NCBI GenBank assembly: GCA_964016885.1
Contig: OZ024754.1
Span: forward strand, 5,146,001-5,210,000
DNA: 64,000 nucleotides
Source: Eledone cirrhosa
Taxonomy: Eukaryota
Reading direction: 5' to 3'
Positions 13,136-26,891 of this stretch are shown piece after piece. The notes below the pieces were generated by a model, which did not search any database, was not told the DNA's origin, and worked only from the letters and a program-made list of their open reading frames with translations. Position 1 is the stretch's first letter; each line of letters starts with the position of its first letter. A program made the position numbers and the translations under genes.

Positions 13136-15590
13136 ATTTATGTCATTCCTTTCATTTCGCTTCATTTGGTGAATTGTGCCCAAATTATGTTATTTCACCA
13201 AAACATAATTTCCGACAGTTCATATTACCAAAGTTTATCTGGAGGATTTGGTGACATGCAGTTGGCAGAGGAGGTATCCTTTAGAGTGGGGGGGGGGGGG
13301 CTTAGATGAAATGGGGTCAGGGTATGGTATGGTGTGGTGTGTGGGTGGGGCAAATAGTGGGCCGGGTAGAAGATGCTGCTGCTACTACTGCCACTGTTAC
13401 TTGGTTTAGTGGCGGGCGGCGGTGGTAATGTTGGTGTTGGTGGGAGTAGGGGTCTTTTTTTTTTTTTTTTTTTTTTAATGTTAAGATCTATAAATGGGGT
13501 GGGCTTTGACTGGAGAGCAGCATTAGGTCTTGACAGCATGCTTCTGTGTAGACTAGAGGGATAGGTTGCTGGGTAGGGGGACAGGGTGGAGAAGGCTGTC
13601 TTGATTGAAATTCTAATTATGGTGTTGTTCCTTGTCACAACTGCAAGAACTTTGCTATGTAACCCCTCTCTCTCTTTACTCCTCTCTTTCCCCACCCCTC
13701 TCTCTCACTACCACCCTCTTACACACCCACAGACACACACACGCACACACATCTAGCTCTCCTACACATCCCATTGCCCCTTTCTCCGACCCTTTTAACT
13801 TTTTATTTTTTATTTTTTCCATATGTATGTGCGTATGTATATATATATATATAATATAAATATGTGTATGTATGTATATATATATGTATGTATATATACA
13901 TTGCTTTTCTTTTCAAATTTGTTCATGTTTCTCTTCCCCCTCTCTCTCCTCTCCCTCTCCCCTCCCTCCCTCCCCTCCCTCCCCCTCTGTCTTTTATGTC
14001 TCCAGACCCTCTTTTCTAAAGACAAAGGGACTGCAGATTTAAAATAAAAATAATAATAATGATAATGATGATAATAATGTTGATGATGATGTTTGAGTGT
14101 GTGTGGGGGCGGGGGGGATGAAATATAGGGCAACCAGGAATTGTCACTGGCAGATCACTGGGCTGGATATGTCCTTGTTTAACACCCACTATCACCATTA
14201 CCACCACCACAACCATCACTATCACCACCATCACCACTACCATCATTACCACCATCACTATTATCGCCACCACCATCACTATCACCATTACAACCATCAT
14301 CACTATCACCACCATCATTACTACCATCGCCACCACCACCATCACTATCATCACCATCACAACCGTCATCACTATCATTACCATCATCACCACCACCACC
14401 ACCATCACTATCACAACCACCATCACCATCATCATCACCACGACCACCATCATCACTATCATTACCATCATCATCACCATCACAACCGTCATCACCATCA
14501 CAACCGTCATCACCATCACAACCGTCATCACCACCACCACCACCATCACCATCGCCACCACCATCACTATCACAACCACCATCACTATCACCACCATCAT
14601 CACCATCACAACCGTCATCACCACTGACTATAGGGCGGTGGTAACCAATGACAACAGTCTGATTAAAGAACAAAGGAAATAAAACCCTCCAAGACTACTT
14701 ATTTAAAGAAATAAAATAATGAAAAATATAAATGAAAGGGTTTCTAGGAAAGAGACGTTGACATGTGTCTAATGACTGCCACCTCTCTCTCTATCTATCT
14801 CAATCTATCTATCTCTCGCTCTATCTCTCTCATGACTACCACCTCTCTCTCTCTATCACACACACACACACACACACACCACACACACTCTCTCTCTCAC
14901 CACTACCACCTCTCTATCTCTCTCTCACGACTACCACCTCTCTCTCACGACTACCATCTCTCTCTCACGACTATCACCTCTCTCTCTCATGACTGCCACC
15001 TCTATCTATCTCTCTCTCATGACTACCACCTCTCTCTCATTCTCTCACGACTACCACCTCTCTCTCTATCTATCACACACACACACACTATCTCTCTCTA
15101 TCACATACACTCTCTCTCACGACTACCACCTCTATCTCTCTCTCTCTCTCACAAAGAGAGGGATCGAAAGAAGGAGAAAGAGGACGGGTAAAGACTGTGG
15201 AAGGGAAGGTAAAGGGGGTGGAGGTGGTGTAGGAAGAAGGGTAAAGGTGGTATACTCCAGAGAATACATCTAAAGACTTGGCTTAAGGTTGGCTGTATTG
15301 TTAAGAAAATGTTTTAATAAACTTATTGGCAAAGAGAAGTGTGTGTGTAACAATCTATAAATGACCATGTACATGTGTGTGTGTGTGTGTTTGTGCATGT
15401 GTATGTATATATATACATATATGACCATATGCGTGTATAAGTGTGTGTGTGACTATGTGTATATATATATATATATATAGCCATGTACATGTGTGTATAT
15501 ATATGACCATATGTGTATATATGTATATATATATGACCCTGTACATGCGTGTATATATATATATGACCATATGTGTATACATGTGTGTAT

Positions 15591-15636
<46 letters not shown>

Positions 15637-15790
15637 ATGTAATTGGCAGGTATCACTCTATGAAAGAAACAATACCAGGATATTTATTTCCCTTGTGAGA
15701 TATTTTCAATTCTGTGGCTAATTATTTACAATGATGGTTAACTTATACTGAGCAACAGAACTGATGGTGATGGTGATGATGATGGTGGTT

Positions 15791-16127
15791 CATCATCATC
15801 ATCATTTTACATCCGCTTTTCCCTGCTTGCAAGGGTGGGACGGGAACTGATTCTGGCTTGATTTCTACAGCTGGATGCCCTTCCTAACTCCAACCTCATT
15901 TACAGTGAGTGCTGGGTGCTTTTTTGCCGTGGCACCTCCACGACCACTTTGCAGTGGAATGATATGGACCCCAGTCCCTATCATCTCATTTCTACAGCTG
16001 AGTAAACTGGAGCAATGTGAAATAAAGTGTCTTGCTCAAGGAAACAACACATCACCCGGTCTGAGAATTGAACTCCCAACATTTCGATTGCAAGGCCAAT
16101 GCTCTAACCACTAAGCCATGTGCCTCC
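15791..16127 (-). mobile_element. Composite tRNA-derived SINE (tRNA head, CORE-like, V-like domain, RTE tail, (GAT)n)
   Basis: A box TGGCTTAGTGG and B box AGTTCAATTC, then TGTTGTTTCCTTGAGCAAGACACTT, GGTTGGAGTTAGGAAGGGCATCCAGCTGTAGAAA and the tail CTTGCAAGCAGGGAAAAGCGGATGTAAAATGATGATG. Confidence 0.8.
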
Positions 16128-16131
16128 GTTG

Positions 16132-16162
<31 letters not shown>

Positions 16163-16218
16163 AAGTATATATGTGTGTGTGTGTATATATATATATATAA
16201 ACATATAAGTAGAAGTGG

Positions 16219-16282
16219 TATTTTATCTGATGAAAGCGTACCAATGTTGTCTTGGTACCCTTGAAATATGTATAATAAAATA
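16219..16282 (+). ncRNA. Minimal type-I hammerhead (family A)
   Basis: TATTTTAT-CTGATGA-AAG(C)GTACCAA..TTGGTAC(C)CTT-GAA-ATATGTAT-A-ATAAAATA. It has an 8-bp stem I, a self-complementary stem III and an AUA triplet. Confidence 0.8.
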
Positions 16283-16446
16283 AATATGGTTTTATAAATA
16301 TAGTTTCCATTTAATTAATATCATTGTATATATATATATATATATATGTATATTTGCGTGTATATATATATATATACACATTCATGCACATACATATCTC
16401 TCAACCCTATACAAGCTTGGAAAAACAAATGTCCAATAAAAGTGGT

Positions 16447-16487
<41 letters not shown>

Positions 16488-16489
16488 CC

Positions 16490-16639
16490 CCTTAATCTAT
16501 TTTATTTCTCATTCTTTCTTCTGATGAAGGACTAACGTCCGAAATGTTAAGACCCTCTTCCTGCTATATCAAGCGTTAACCTAATATATCCCTTCCATAT
16601 ACTGTACCGATTGTGTCGTTATTTCTGTTTATCTTTTAC
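16490..16639 (+). mobile_element. Short hammerhead-bearing element (family B; HHR at 16517-16552)
   Basis: TCTT-CTGATGA-A-GGAC(TAAC)GTCC-GAAA-TGT-T-AAGA. Homologous copies at 57312-57432 (+) and 3248-3343 (-). Confidence 0.7.
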
Positions 16640-16641
16640 AT

Positions 16642-16674
<33 letters not shown>

Positions 16675-18209
16675 CTCACACAGACACACACACATACATA
16701 TATATATATAAGGCGTATGGCTTATTGGTTAGAACATTGGACTTGTAATCATAAAGTTGTGAGTTCGATTCTGAGAATATACTGAGAGAGTATTAACTGA
16801 TATATTAGACCTTTCTAAATAAATAGAATGATATATCTGGTAAATGTAAATTATTGGAACGAGAAGAATCTAGATTTTGAAAGTATTTGTTCTCCAAGAC
16901 TCTCGTCATCTTGTGTCTGCTGTCGTTTGTTACCATGCAGTTGTCTCTTCTTCACATTAACCCATTTGATACCAAAACCACCCGAGGCTACCCTGAGTCT
17001 CATGATATACAAATGCTCATCTTAAAATGGTCGTAGGTATGTTGCAATCTTCCAACATTATCCAGGCAGTATTTGTACAAATGCTCATCTTAAAATGGTT
17101 GTATGTATTTTGCAATCTTCCAACATTATCCAGGCAGTATTTGGTCTTAATATATATCATTACTTCTTCATATTGACTGACTACTCCATTTGGGTCAATC
17201 TGGTGAGCTGTGGGATTTCTGTTTGTGGTGAACATAAACAAATATTACCTCATGGCATGGCTACAAAGTGACCTCCTTAACCACATGGCCAACTCGTCTA
17301 ACCCATGCTAGCATGGAAAAATGGACATTAAACGGTGATGATGATGATAAACCTCCACAACTATACATGGACACTGTGCCACATGGTGAAATAGAACCCA
17401 CACTGATGCTACATAAATCTTTACAACTCTACACACACATAGCCGTGTGGTTAAGATGTTTATCTTAACCACATGGCCATGCCAGAAATTTCCAAAACTC
17501 TACACATGGTTACACTGTACCACATGGTGAGATAGAACACACTGCCACATGGTTACAAAGCAAGCATGTTAACCACATGGCCATGCCAGAAAACTCCACA
17601 ACTCTTCACATGGCTACACTGTACCACATGGTGAAATAGAACACACTGCCACATGGTGAAATAGAACTCACTGCCACATGGTTTACAAAGCAACCATCTT
17701 AACCACATGGCCATGCCAGTGCCTAATATTATACAATATAAATCTGCACAGCTCTACAGATATGGTGGAACTGATTGTCCAAGAAGACCAGGACAGGGAG
17801 AGAGAGATAGAGGGAGAGAGTGAGACAGAGAGAGTGAAACAGCGAGAGAGAGAGAGAGACTGAGAGAGGGGGAGGGTCAGGGTCAGGGGTGTGGCAGTGA
17901 GAGATAATAAAGTTGTTTGTAAGCAATATTGATAATTTAGCATTTCTGTTGTGTGTTCTTGGAATGGTTTGTAGTTGAATAATGTCTGGTGTGTGTGTGT
18001 GTGTTTATGTGTATCAGTGTGTGTGTTTATGTGTATCAGTGTGTGTGTGTGTGTTTATGTGTATCACTGTCTGTGTGTCTGTGTGTGTTTATGTGTATCA
18101 CTGTCTGTGTGTCTGTGTGTTTATGTGTATCACTGTCTGTGTGTCTGTGTTTGGTCTAGAATTGTGTGTTGCGAAAGATATTGTTTACTTTGATAAATAA
18201 TGACACACG

Positions 18210-18254
<45 letters not shown>

Positions 18255-18369
18255 TCATACATGCACCCTCAGCTTATTCACATATGCACACACACACACA
18301 CACCTAAATACATATATTTAGATATACACACACACATCCGCCACCACCCTAATGCACTTAGACCCACAT

Positions 18370-19940
18370 ATACATACATACATAATATAGATATATACAC
18401 ACATAGACCAGTAACACCATGATACACTTATACATACATACATAATATAGACACACACACACACAGACCAGTAGCACCCTATTACATATACACACATACA
18501 CATACATAATATAGACACACACACACAGACCAGTAGCACCCTATTACATATACACACATACACATACATAATATACACACACAGACACAGACCAGTAGCA
18601 CCCTATTACATATATACACATACACAATATAGACAAACACACACACAGACCAGTTACATATATACACACATAGACATACATAATATAGACACACACACAC
18701 ACACTCACACACAGACAGACCAGTAGCACCCTATTACATATATACATACATAATATAGACACATACACACTCACACACATACACACACAGACAGACCAGT
18801 AGCACCCTATTACATATATACATACATAATATACTCACACACATACACACACTCACACACATACACACACAGACCAGTAGCACCCTATTACACATATACA
18901 CACATAGACATACATAATATAGACAAACACACACTCACACTCACAGACATACACACATAGACATACATAATATGGACAAACACACACTCACACTCACAGA
19001 CATACACACATAGACATACATAATATAGACAAACACACACTCACAGACATACACACATAGACATACATAATATAGACAAACACACACTCACACTCACAGA
19101 CATACACACATAGACATACATAATATAGACAAACACACACTCACACTCACAGACATACACACATAGACATACATAATATGGACAAACACACTCACACTCA
19201 CAGACATACACACATAGACATACATAATATGGACAAACACACACTCACACTCACAGACATACACACATAGACATACATAATATGGACAAACACACACTCA
19301 CACTCACAGACATACACACATAGACATACATAATATGGACAAACACACACTCACACTCACAGACATACACACATAGACATACATAATATGGACAAACACA
19401 CACTCACACTCACAGACATACACACATAGACATACATAATATGGACAAACACACACTCACACTCACAGACATACACACATAGACATACATAATATGGACA
19501 AACACACACTCACACTCACAGACATACACACATAGACATACATAATATGGACAAACACACACTCACACTCACAGACATACACACATAGACATACATAATA
19601 TGGACAAACACACACTCACACTCACAGACATACACACATAGACATACATAATATGGACAAACACACACTCACACTCACAGACATACACACATAGACATAC
19701 ATAATATAGACAAACACACACTCACACTCACAGACATACACACATAGACATACATAATATAGACACACACACTCACACTCACAGACATACACACATAGAC
19801 ATACATAATATGGACAAACACACACACACACTCACAGACATACACACATAGACATACACACATAGACATACATACATAGACATACATAATATGGACAAAC
19901 ACACACTCACACACAGGCCAGTAGCACCCTATTACATATA
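18370..19940. repeat. CA-rich compound minisatellite with a homogeneous 53-bp core (~18900-19830)
   Basis: Unit CACACTCACACTCACAGACATACACACATAGACATACATAATAT(G/A)GACAAACA. Confidence 0.92.
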
Positions 19941-20085
19941 TACACACACACACACACATACATAAAATTGAGTTATTCACAGGACAGTGCCATTACGGGA
20001 GAAAGATCTGTGAAGGACTGTGCCAGAGACTCCATTGTGGCTGAAAAGAGTTCACAACTCATTTGCATTCTCACTTCAAAAGAAT

Positions 20086-20144
20086 TTTGTTTGTATTTTT
20101 GCATTTATATATATATGTATATATATATACACACACATATATAT

Positions 20145-20180
<36 letters not shown>

Positions 20181-20380
20181 GTATTTATATATATATATAT
20201 TTTGTTTGTATTTTTTTGCATTTATATATATATATATATATATACACACACATATATATACACACACATGTATATATATATATATATATATGTATTTATA
20301 TATATATATATTTTGTTTGTATTTTTTGCATTTATATATATGTATATATATATACACACACATATATATACACACACATG

Positions 20381-20411
<31 letters not shown>

Positions 20412-20463
20412 TTTGTATTTTTTGCATTTATATATATGTATATATATATACACACACATATAT

Positions 20464-20495
<32 letters not shown>

Positions 20496-20534
20496 GTATT
20501 TATATATATATATATTTTGTTTGTATTTTTTTGC

Positions 20535-20594
<60 letters not shown>

Positions 20595-20690
20595 TATATA
20601 CACACACATATATATATATATATGTATTTATATATATATATATATTGTTTGTATTTTTTTGCATTTATATATATAATATATACACATATA
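20086..20690. repeat. Higher-order microsatellite repeat (~110-130 bp)
   Basis: TTTGTTTGTATTTTTTGCATT recurs 6 times between TA/CA tracts. Confidence 0.85.
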
Positions 20691-21027
20691 TATACACACG
20701 TGTGTGTGTGTGCTTCTGAGTTTGTTTATTTTTGTTTGTCTGTTTATCTATTTATATACATTATCTGTTTATATATATATATTTATATATATATTTATAT
20801 TTTAATGCAGTCTGTGATGATGATGATGATGGTGATGTTAAGGGGTTTTTTGTTGTGTTTTGCTGTTGTTGTTGTTGTTGTTGTTGTTGTATGGCATTGA
20901 AACATGGCTGGTGCATAAAATGAGATTTTGCTATGTGAACCTGAAGGATCGGATGTTTGGAAATTAAAATTATCAAGTGTTGTTTGCAGCAGACCAGAGT
21001 GAGAGAGGGGGCAGTATGGTGATATGA

Positions 21028-21585
21028 AGGTGGTGTGGTGTAATGGGGTGTAGTGTAGTGTAGTGTGGTGTGGTGTGGTGTAATATATGTAGTGTGGTGT
21101 GGTGTAATATATGTAGTGTGGTGTGGTGTAATGGGGTGTAGTGTAGTGTAGTGTGGTGTGGTGTGGTGTAATATATGTAGTGTGGTGTGGTGTGGTGTAA
21201 TATATGTAGTGTGGTGTGGTGTAATGGGTGTAGTGTAGTGTAGTGTGGTGTGGTGTGGTGTAATATATGTAGTGTGGTGTGGTGTGGTGTAATATATGTA
21301 GTGTGGTGTGGTGTGGTATGGTATGGTATGGTGTAATATATGTAGTGTGGTGTGGGTGTGGTGTAATGGGGTGTAGTATGATGATACAGAGGGGGGGTAG
21401 TGTGGTGTGGTGTATGGTATATTGGATGGTATGGTATGATGTGTCTGGTGTGATGTAGTGTGGTGTATGGTATATTGGATGGTATGTATGATCTGGTGTG
21501 GTGTGGTGTATGGTATATTATACCATTATAGTGTGATGTGGTCTGGTGTGGTGTGGTGTGGTGTGGTGTGATGTGGTGTGGTGTC
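21028..21585. repeat. (GTGTG/GTGTA)n pentamer array
   Basis: Seen directly in the sequence. Confidence 0.9.
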
Positions 21586-21677
21586 AGGGGGAGTTAATGG
21601 CTTTCGTGGTGAGGAAACTGCTGTAAACATCTGACTTATTGTGGGTGGGTTATTTCAGTTGCTGGCCACAAGAATAA

Positions 21678-21970
21678 GTGTGTAAGTGTGTGAGAGAGAT
21701 TGCATTGTGTGTGGGTGTAAGTGCATGTGTGTGTGTGTATGTGTGTGAGAGAGATTGCATTGTGTGTGGGTGTAAGTGTATGTGTGTGAGAGAGATTGCA
21801 TTGTGTGTGTGTTTGTAAGTGCATGTGTGTGTGTGTGTCTGTGTTTGTTGTAAGTGCATGTGTGTGTGTATGTGTGAGAGAGATTGCATTGTGTGTGTGT
21901 GTGTGTAAGTGCATGTGTGTGTGTGTATGTGTGAGAGAGATTGCATTGTGTAAGTGCGTGTGTGTGAGAG
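21678..21970. repeat. Minisatellite GAGAGAGATTGCATTGTGTG..TAAGTGCATG
   Basis: Five units. Confidence 0.85.
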
Positions 21971-22205
21971 AGTGTGTTAAGAGGGTTTATTCATTGGAGA
22001 AAGTCTGGTAATGAGAAGTATCAAGAGAGTTGACCATTCTGATGAGGAATATTTTCCATGTGCAGAGAAGAGAATTGAAACTATAACCTTTATTATTACA
22101 TAACATGTATTTCTGTCTACATGTATGTATATATATATGTGTGTGTGTATAATATATATATATATATATACGTGTGTATGTGATATATATATATGTGTAT
22201 ATGTG

Positions 22206-22260
<55 letters not shown>

Positions 22261-23041
22261 ATAAATGTGTGTGTAATATATTTTTTAAGGCTGAATGGTT
22301 ATGCAGTTCATTTCACCCTCTCTTTCTCTCTCTCATTCTCTCCCCCCTTTCTCTCTCTACTATAAGTAATATTATATTGGTATTTGTTCTAGTGTTTGTT
22401 TGTTTTTTTATAGTATTGGTGTGTAAATGTTATGGTGGTGGGTGATAGTAGTCGTGGATGTGATGGTGGTGGTGTTTGTAGGGGTGGTGATAGTCGTGGG
22501 TGTGATGGTGGTGGTGGTGGTGGTGATATTGTGCAGTAATATTATCAAGTTAAACATTTGTTTCATATATATATATATTTCTCTCTTTTGAAGTTGAAAT
22601 AAATATTTTTTGATGGTGTTGGTGGTGGTGGCGGTGGTGGTGGTTATACATGGTGTGGGTGGTGGTGGGTGTGGTGTTGATGGTGTTGGTGTGGTTATAC
22701 ATGGTATAGGTTGTGGTGGCGGTGGTGTTGGACATAATGTTGTGTACATCAAGCAGTTTTAGAAAACAAGTGAAAGCAACTTTATTAACCACCGCCATCA
22801 TCATCATCAATATCACTGCCATCACTTCCACTGTCATCACAATAACCACCATCATCACCATCATATCATCATCTCCATCATCATCAATATCACTTCCACT
22901 GTCATCGCCACCATAATCATTATTACGTCCACCATCATCATCACAATCACCACCACCATCATCATCATCAGCAATAAGATCATCAGATCTTTATTACAAG
23001 TTAGTCATATTTTAATGCTTTTATTCTTCTGGAGTTCAATA

Positions 23042-23522
23042 AAAAATATGGTACCAGTGATATGCTGGGAGTCAATGAAGTCTACTTACCCTTCCCACCG
23101 AAATTGCTGGCCTTATCTCGAAATGATAAAATATGGTACCAGTGATATACTGGGGGGGGGGGGGTCAATGAAGTCTACTTACCCTTCCCACCGAAATTGC
23201 TGGCCTTATCTCGAAATGATAAAATATGGTACCAGTGATATACTGGGGGGGGGGGGGGGGGGTCAATGAAGTCTACTTGTCCTTCCCACTGAAATTGCCG
23301 GCCTTTATCTCGAAATGATAAAATATGGTACCAGTAATATACTGGGGGTTAATGAAGTCTACTTATCCTTCCCACCGAAATTGCTGACCTTATCTCGAAA
23401 TGATAAAATATGGTACCAGTGATATACTGGGGGCAATGAAGTCTACTTATCTTCCTCTTCCCACCAAAATTGCTGACCTTATCTCAAATGATAAAATATG
23501 GTACCAGTGATATACTGGGGTC
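23042..23522. repeat. ~80-90-bp minisatellite, ~6 units, with variable poly-G
   Basis: AAAATATGGTACCAGTGATATACTG(G)nTCAATGAAGTCTACTTACCCTTCCCACCGAAATTGCTGGCCTTATCTCGAAATGAT. Confidence 0.92.
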
Positions 23523-24110
23523 AGTGACATCAACTTACACCAAGAAGACTCTTCAACTCCCTAGTGCTGGTGCCACAATAAAATGCTCCCGGTGCATTTG
23601 GTTGACAGTGGGGATGTATGCGAGTCTGATGCAGCCCCTCCCCTGTCTGAGAGGGTGCCATAGTAAAATAACACCTGATCCATTCAGTAGAGTGCAGGGA
23701 GCATATGTGAGCAAAATGGAGGACTCCCTGTCAATCTGAGTGGTCTGTAGATCAGATTAAGTACTGACATGGTTTGTGATGACCGATAGAGCACTTGCTA
23801 GCAGACAGGGGGGAAAACAGGCATTAAATGATGATGACGATGATGGTGGTGATGGTGTGATGGTGATGATGGTGGTGATGGTGATATATGATGATGGTGG
23901 TGATGGTGATGGTGATATATGATGATGGTGGTGATGGTGATATATGATGATGGTGGTGGTGGTCGATGGTGATATATGATGATGATGGTGGTGATGGTGA
24001 TGGTGATATATGATGATGATGGTGGTGATGGTGATGGTGATATATGATGATGATGGTGGTGATGGTGATGGTGATAATATGATGATGGTGATATATGATG
24101 ATAATATGAA

Positions 24111-24294
24111 AATTGTTTCTACTTTTGGCACAAGGCCAGCAAATACCCAGTGCATTACTGGTACTTTATTTTATCGACCCCGTAAGGATGAAAGGCAAAG
24201 TTAACCTCGACAGGATTTGAACTCAGACTATAAAGGGCCGTAACTCTATGCTGCAAAGCATGGAGTCTGACGCTCTACCGATACTGCCAATCCA
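24111..24294 (-). mobile_element. Full-length major SINE
   Basis: Reverse-complement consensus match. Confidence 0.9.
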
Positions 24295-25081
24295 ATATGA
24301 TAATGATTATGACAATGATATGATAAGATGATGATGATGATGATGATGAAAGCAATAGGATGACAATGATGATGATGATGATGCCCACTATAAAAACCAA
24401 AACAATATCTTACTATAGAACCCAGGGCACCAGGGTTCCAGGGCACCAGGGTTCCAGGGCACCAGGGAGGTTCCAGACAGTTTAATATCAAATACTAAAT
24501 GCTAAGTAAGTAATTCATAGTATTTTTAGTAGGGGTGTTTTCCCTTCAATTATTTCCTCCCTGTTAAAAAACTGATAAAGACTTTATTTGTCCCTCCTCT
24601 CTCACATTCTATTAAAAAAACATTTTTTTTTTCCTTCTTAGGTTTTTTTTATTTTTAATCAAAATTATCAAAAATATAAAATTTTATTTTAATTGAAAAA
24701 AAAGAAAAAAAAATCTCTGATTAGTCATTTGCTTTCATATAATTCAATTTTATAATTTTTTCTTCTTCGTATTCCTCCTCCTTGTTTAATTAACTCCCAT
24801 CATTTTTTATGTTATGGCAACACTATCAAAGCTACGAGTAATTTTTTTAGGACCATTCCAAGCACATTTTTTACACCCCTGACAGTATCGTAACTAATAC
24901 TAAGGATCTTTTATGGACCCCCTATTTTTTTTTATTTTATATTGTTTTTATTTCTCAGAGACTTTAATTGTTTGCTTTATAGAGTTTACTAATGAGTTCA
25001 CTAATTATTCCCCTCCTCCCACACTTTCTCTCTCTTCATTCTTCCTATCTTCCTCTCTCTCTTTCACCCTCATCATTCTTC

Positions 25082-25117
<36 letters not shown>

Positions 25118-25701
25118 ATCTCATCTCCTCTCTCTCTCTCTCTCTCTCCCCTCTCACATACCATATACTTTTATGACACTAAGAACAGTGATAATAATGT
25201 TGATGATGATGACTATAATAATAACGATGGTACCCTCCGCCCTCTTAATCTTGATTTTTGTTTTTGTTGTGTTCTTCTTGTTGTTGTTTATTTGAAGGGG
25301 TCGGGGTGGTGGTGTTGAGGTGGGGGGACTTTATTATGGGGGTGTGGTGGAGTGGGGGGGTTGACTTGTCTTCCCAATGTGGGTCTAATGGAACAAATTT
25401 TAAATGGATGTTTGGTGACAAATCTATTTTAACCCCCCCTCGTCACCACCCTCCTCTCTCCTCCCACCTCATCTCACTCTCTCACCCCTCTCCCCTCTCT
25501 CTCCATGCGTTTCTCCTTCTATATTTAATGACTACTACTCACCATCACCACTACTACTACCACCACTACTAACACTACTATTACCACCACTACTACTAAT
25601 TTAACGATATGTGTCTGTCCATTTCTGATTGATTGATTGATGAACTGATTGATTGGGTGTGTGGATGGGGGGGTCTTTTGTATCATTATTATAGATTTTG
25701 T

Positions 25702-25801
25702 TTAACTTTGCCTTTCATCCTTACGGGGTCGATAAAATAAAGTACCAGTAATGTACTGGGTAATTGCTGGCCTTGTGCCTAAAATAGAAACAATTATTAT
25801 A
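25702..25801 (+). mobile_element. Major SINE 3' half
   Basis: Consensus match. Confidence 0.85.
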
Positions 25802-25928
25802 GATTGTGTTACATCACACACACACACATACACACATACACACAAACACACATATATATATACAGACACACATATATATACACAACACACACACATACAC
25901 ACATATACACACATATATATACACACAC

Positions 25929-25959
<31 letters not shown>

Positions 25960-25972
25960 TACAGGTGTGTCT

Positions 25973-26172
25973 NNNNNNNNNNNNNNNNNNNNNNNNNNNN
26001 NNNNNNNNNNNNNNNNNNNNNNNNNNNNNNNNNNNNNNNNNNNNNNNNNNNNNNNNNNNNNNNNNNNNNNNNNNNNNNNNNNNNNNNNNNNNNNNNNNNN
26101 NNNNNNNNNNNNNNNNNNNNNNNNNNNNNNNNNNNNNNNNNNNNNNNNNNNNNNNNNNNNNNNNNNNNNNNN
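25973..26172. other. Assembly gap (200 N)
   Basis: Run of N. Confidence 1.
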
Positions 26173-26364
26173 AATCCCCTTCATCAGAAGTCCACTACGC
26201 AACTAAAAGAAATTACTATTTCATTTCTTGTTATTATTAAGTCTCTTGATAATCCTAAGTTAGGTTCAAGACGACATCAAATCGTGCCATCAGAAATTGT
26301 TGAACGGGAAAAATTCACAGAGTGTGAAATTATCGTTTAAGATTAGATATTCGATATACATACA

Positions 26365-26443
<79 letters not shown>

Positions 26444-26502
26444 ATAATAATAAATGCGAAAACTAAAATCCAAAGAGGGCTCGATAAGGATGAATATATA
26501 TT

Positions 26503-26629
26503 TATTAAAATAACAGGTTAAAGTATAAGCAAATAATCGCTGCTTTCACCATTAACGGGATCTTCTGAAGATCCTGTTACGGATGAAAGCAGCGATTCTT
26601 TGCTTAAACATTAATCTGTTATTTTAATA
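26503..26629. mobile_element. Head-to-head inverted pair of family C 3' ends
   Basis: Imperfect palindrome centred on GATCTTC-T-GAAGATC (26559-26573). Confidence 0.75.
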
Positions 26630-26780
26630 TAATATAATATATATATCAAAAGCATGTATTGAGTTAGAAACTCAAAATAGTCTCATTACAGTAAATTAGC
26701 TGTAGGAAAAAGATTTTTCCGAGGTGGTATTTGAACGCATTAATATATATGTCTGTGTTCGTTTTTCCTTTTTTGTTCAG

Positions 26781-26891
<111 letters not shown>

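Noticed and set aside
14016-14673. His-rich or Gly/Asp-rich ORFs (also 37.5-38.3, 41.9-42.3, 60.5-61.0 kb)
   Set aside because: Degenerate (CAC/CAT)n trinucleotide tracts open in several frames and strands, with no splice or codon evidence.
19968-20085. Possible coding exon ([12 protein letters not shown]...)
   Set aside because: No recognisable domain, no clear donor site, and it runs into microsatellite.
22039-22060. CTGATGA-GGAA(TATT)TTCC hammerhead half
   Set aside because: No GAAA after stem II and no stems I or III.
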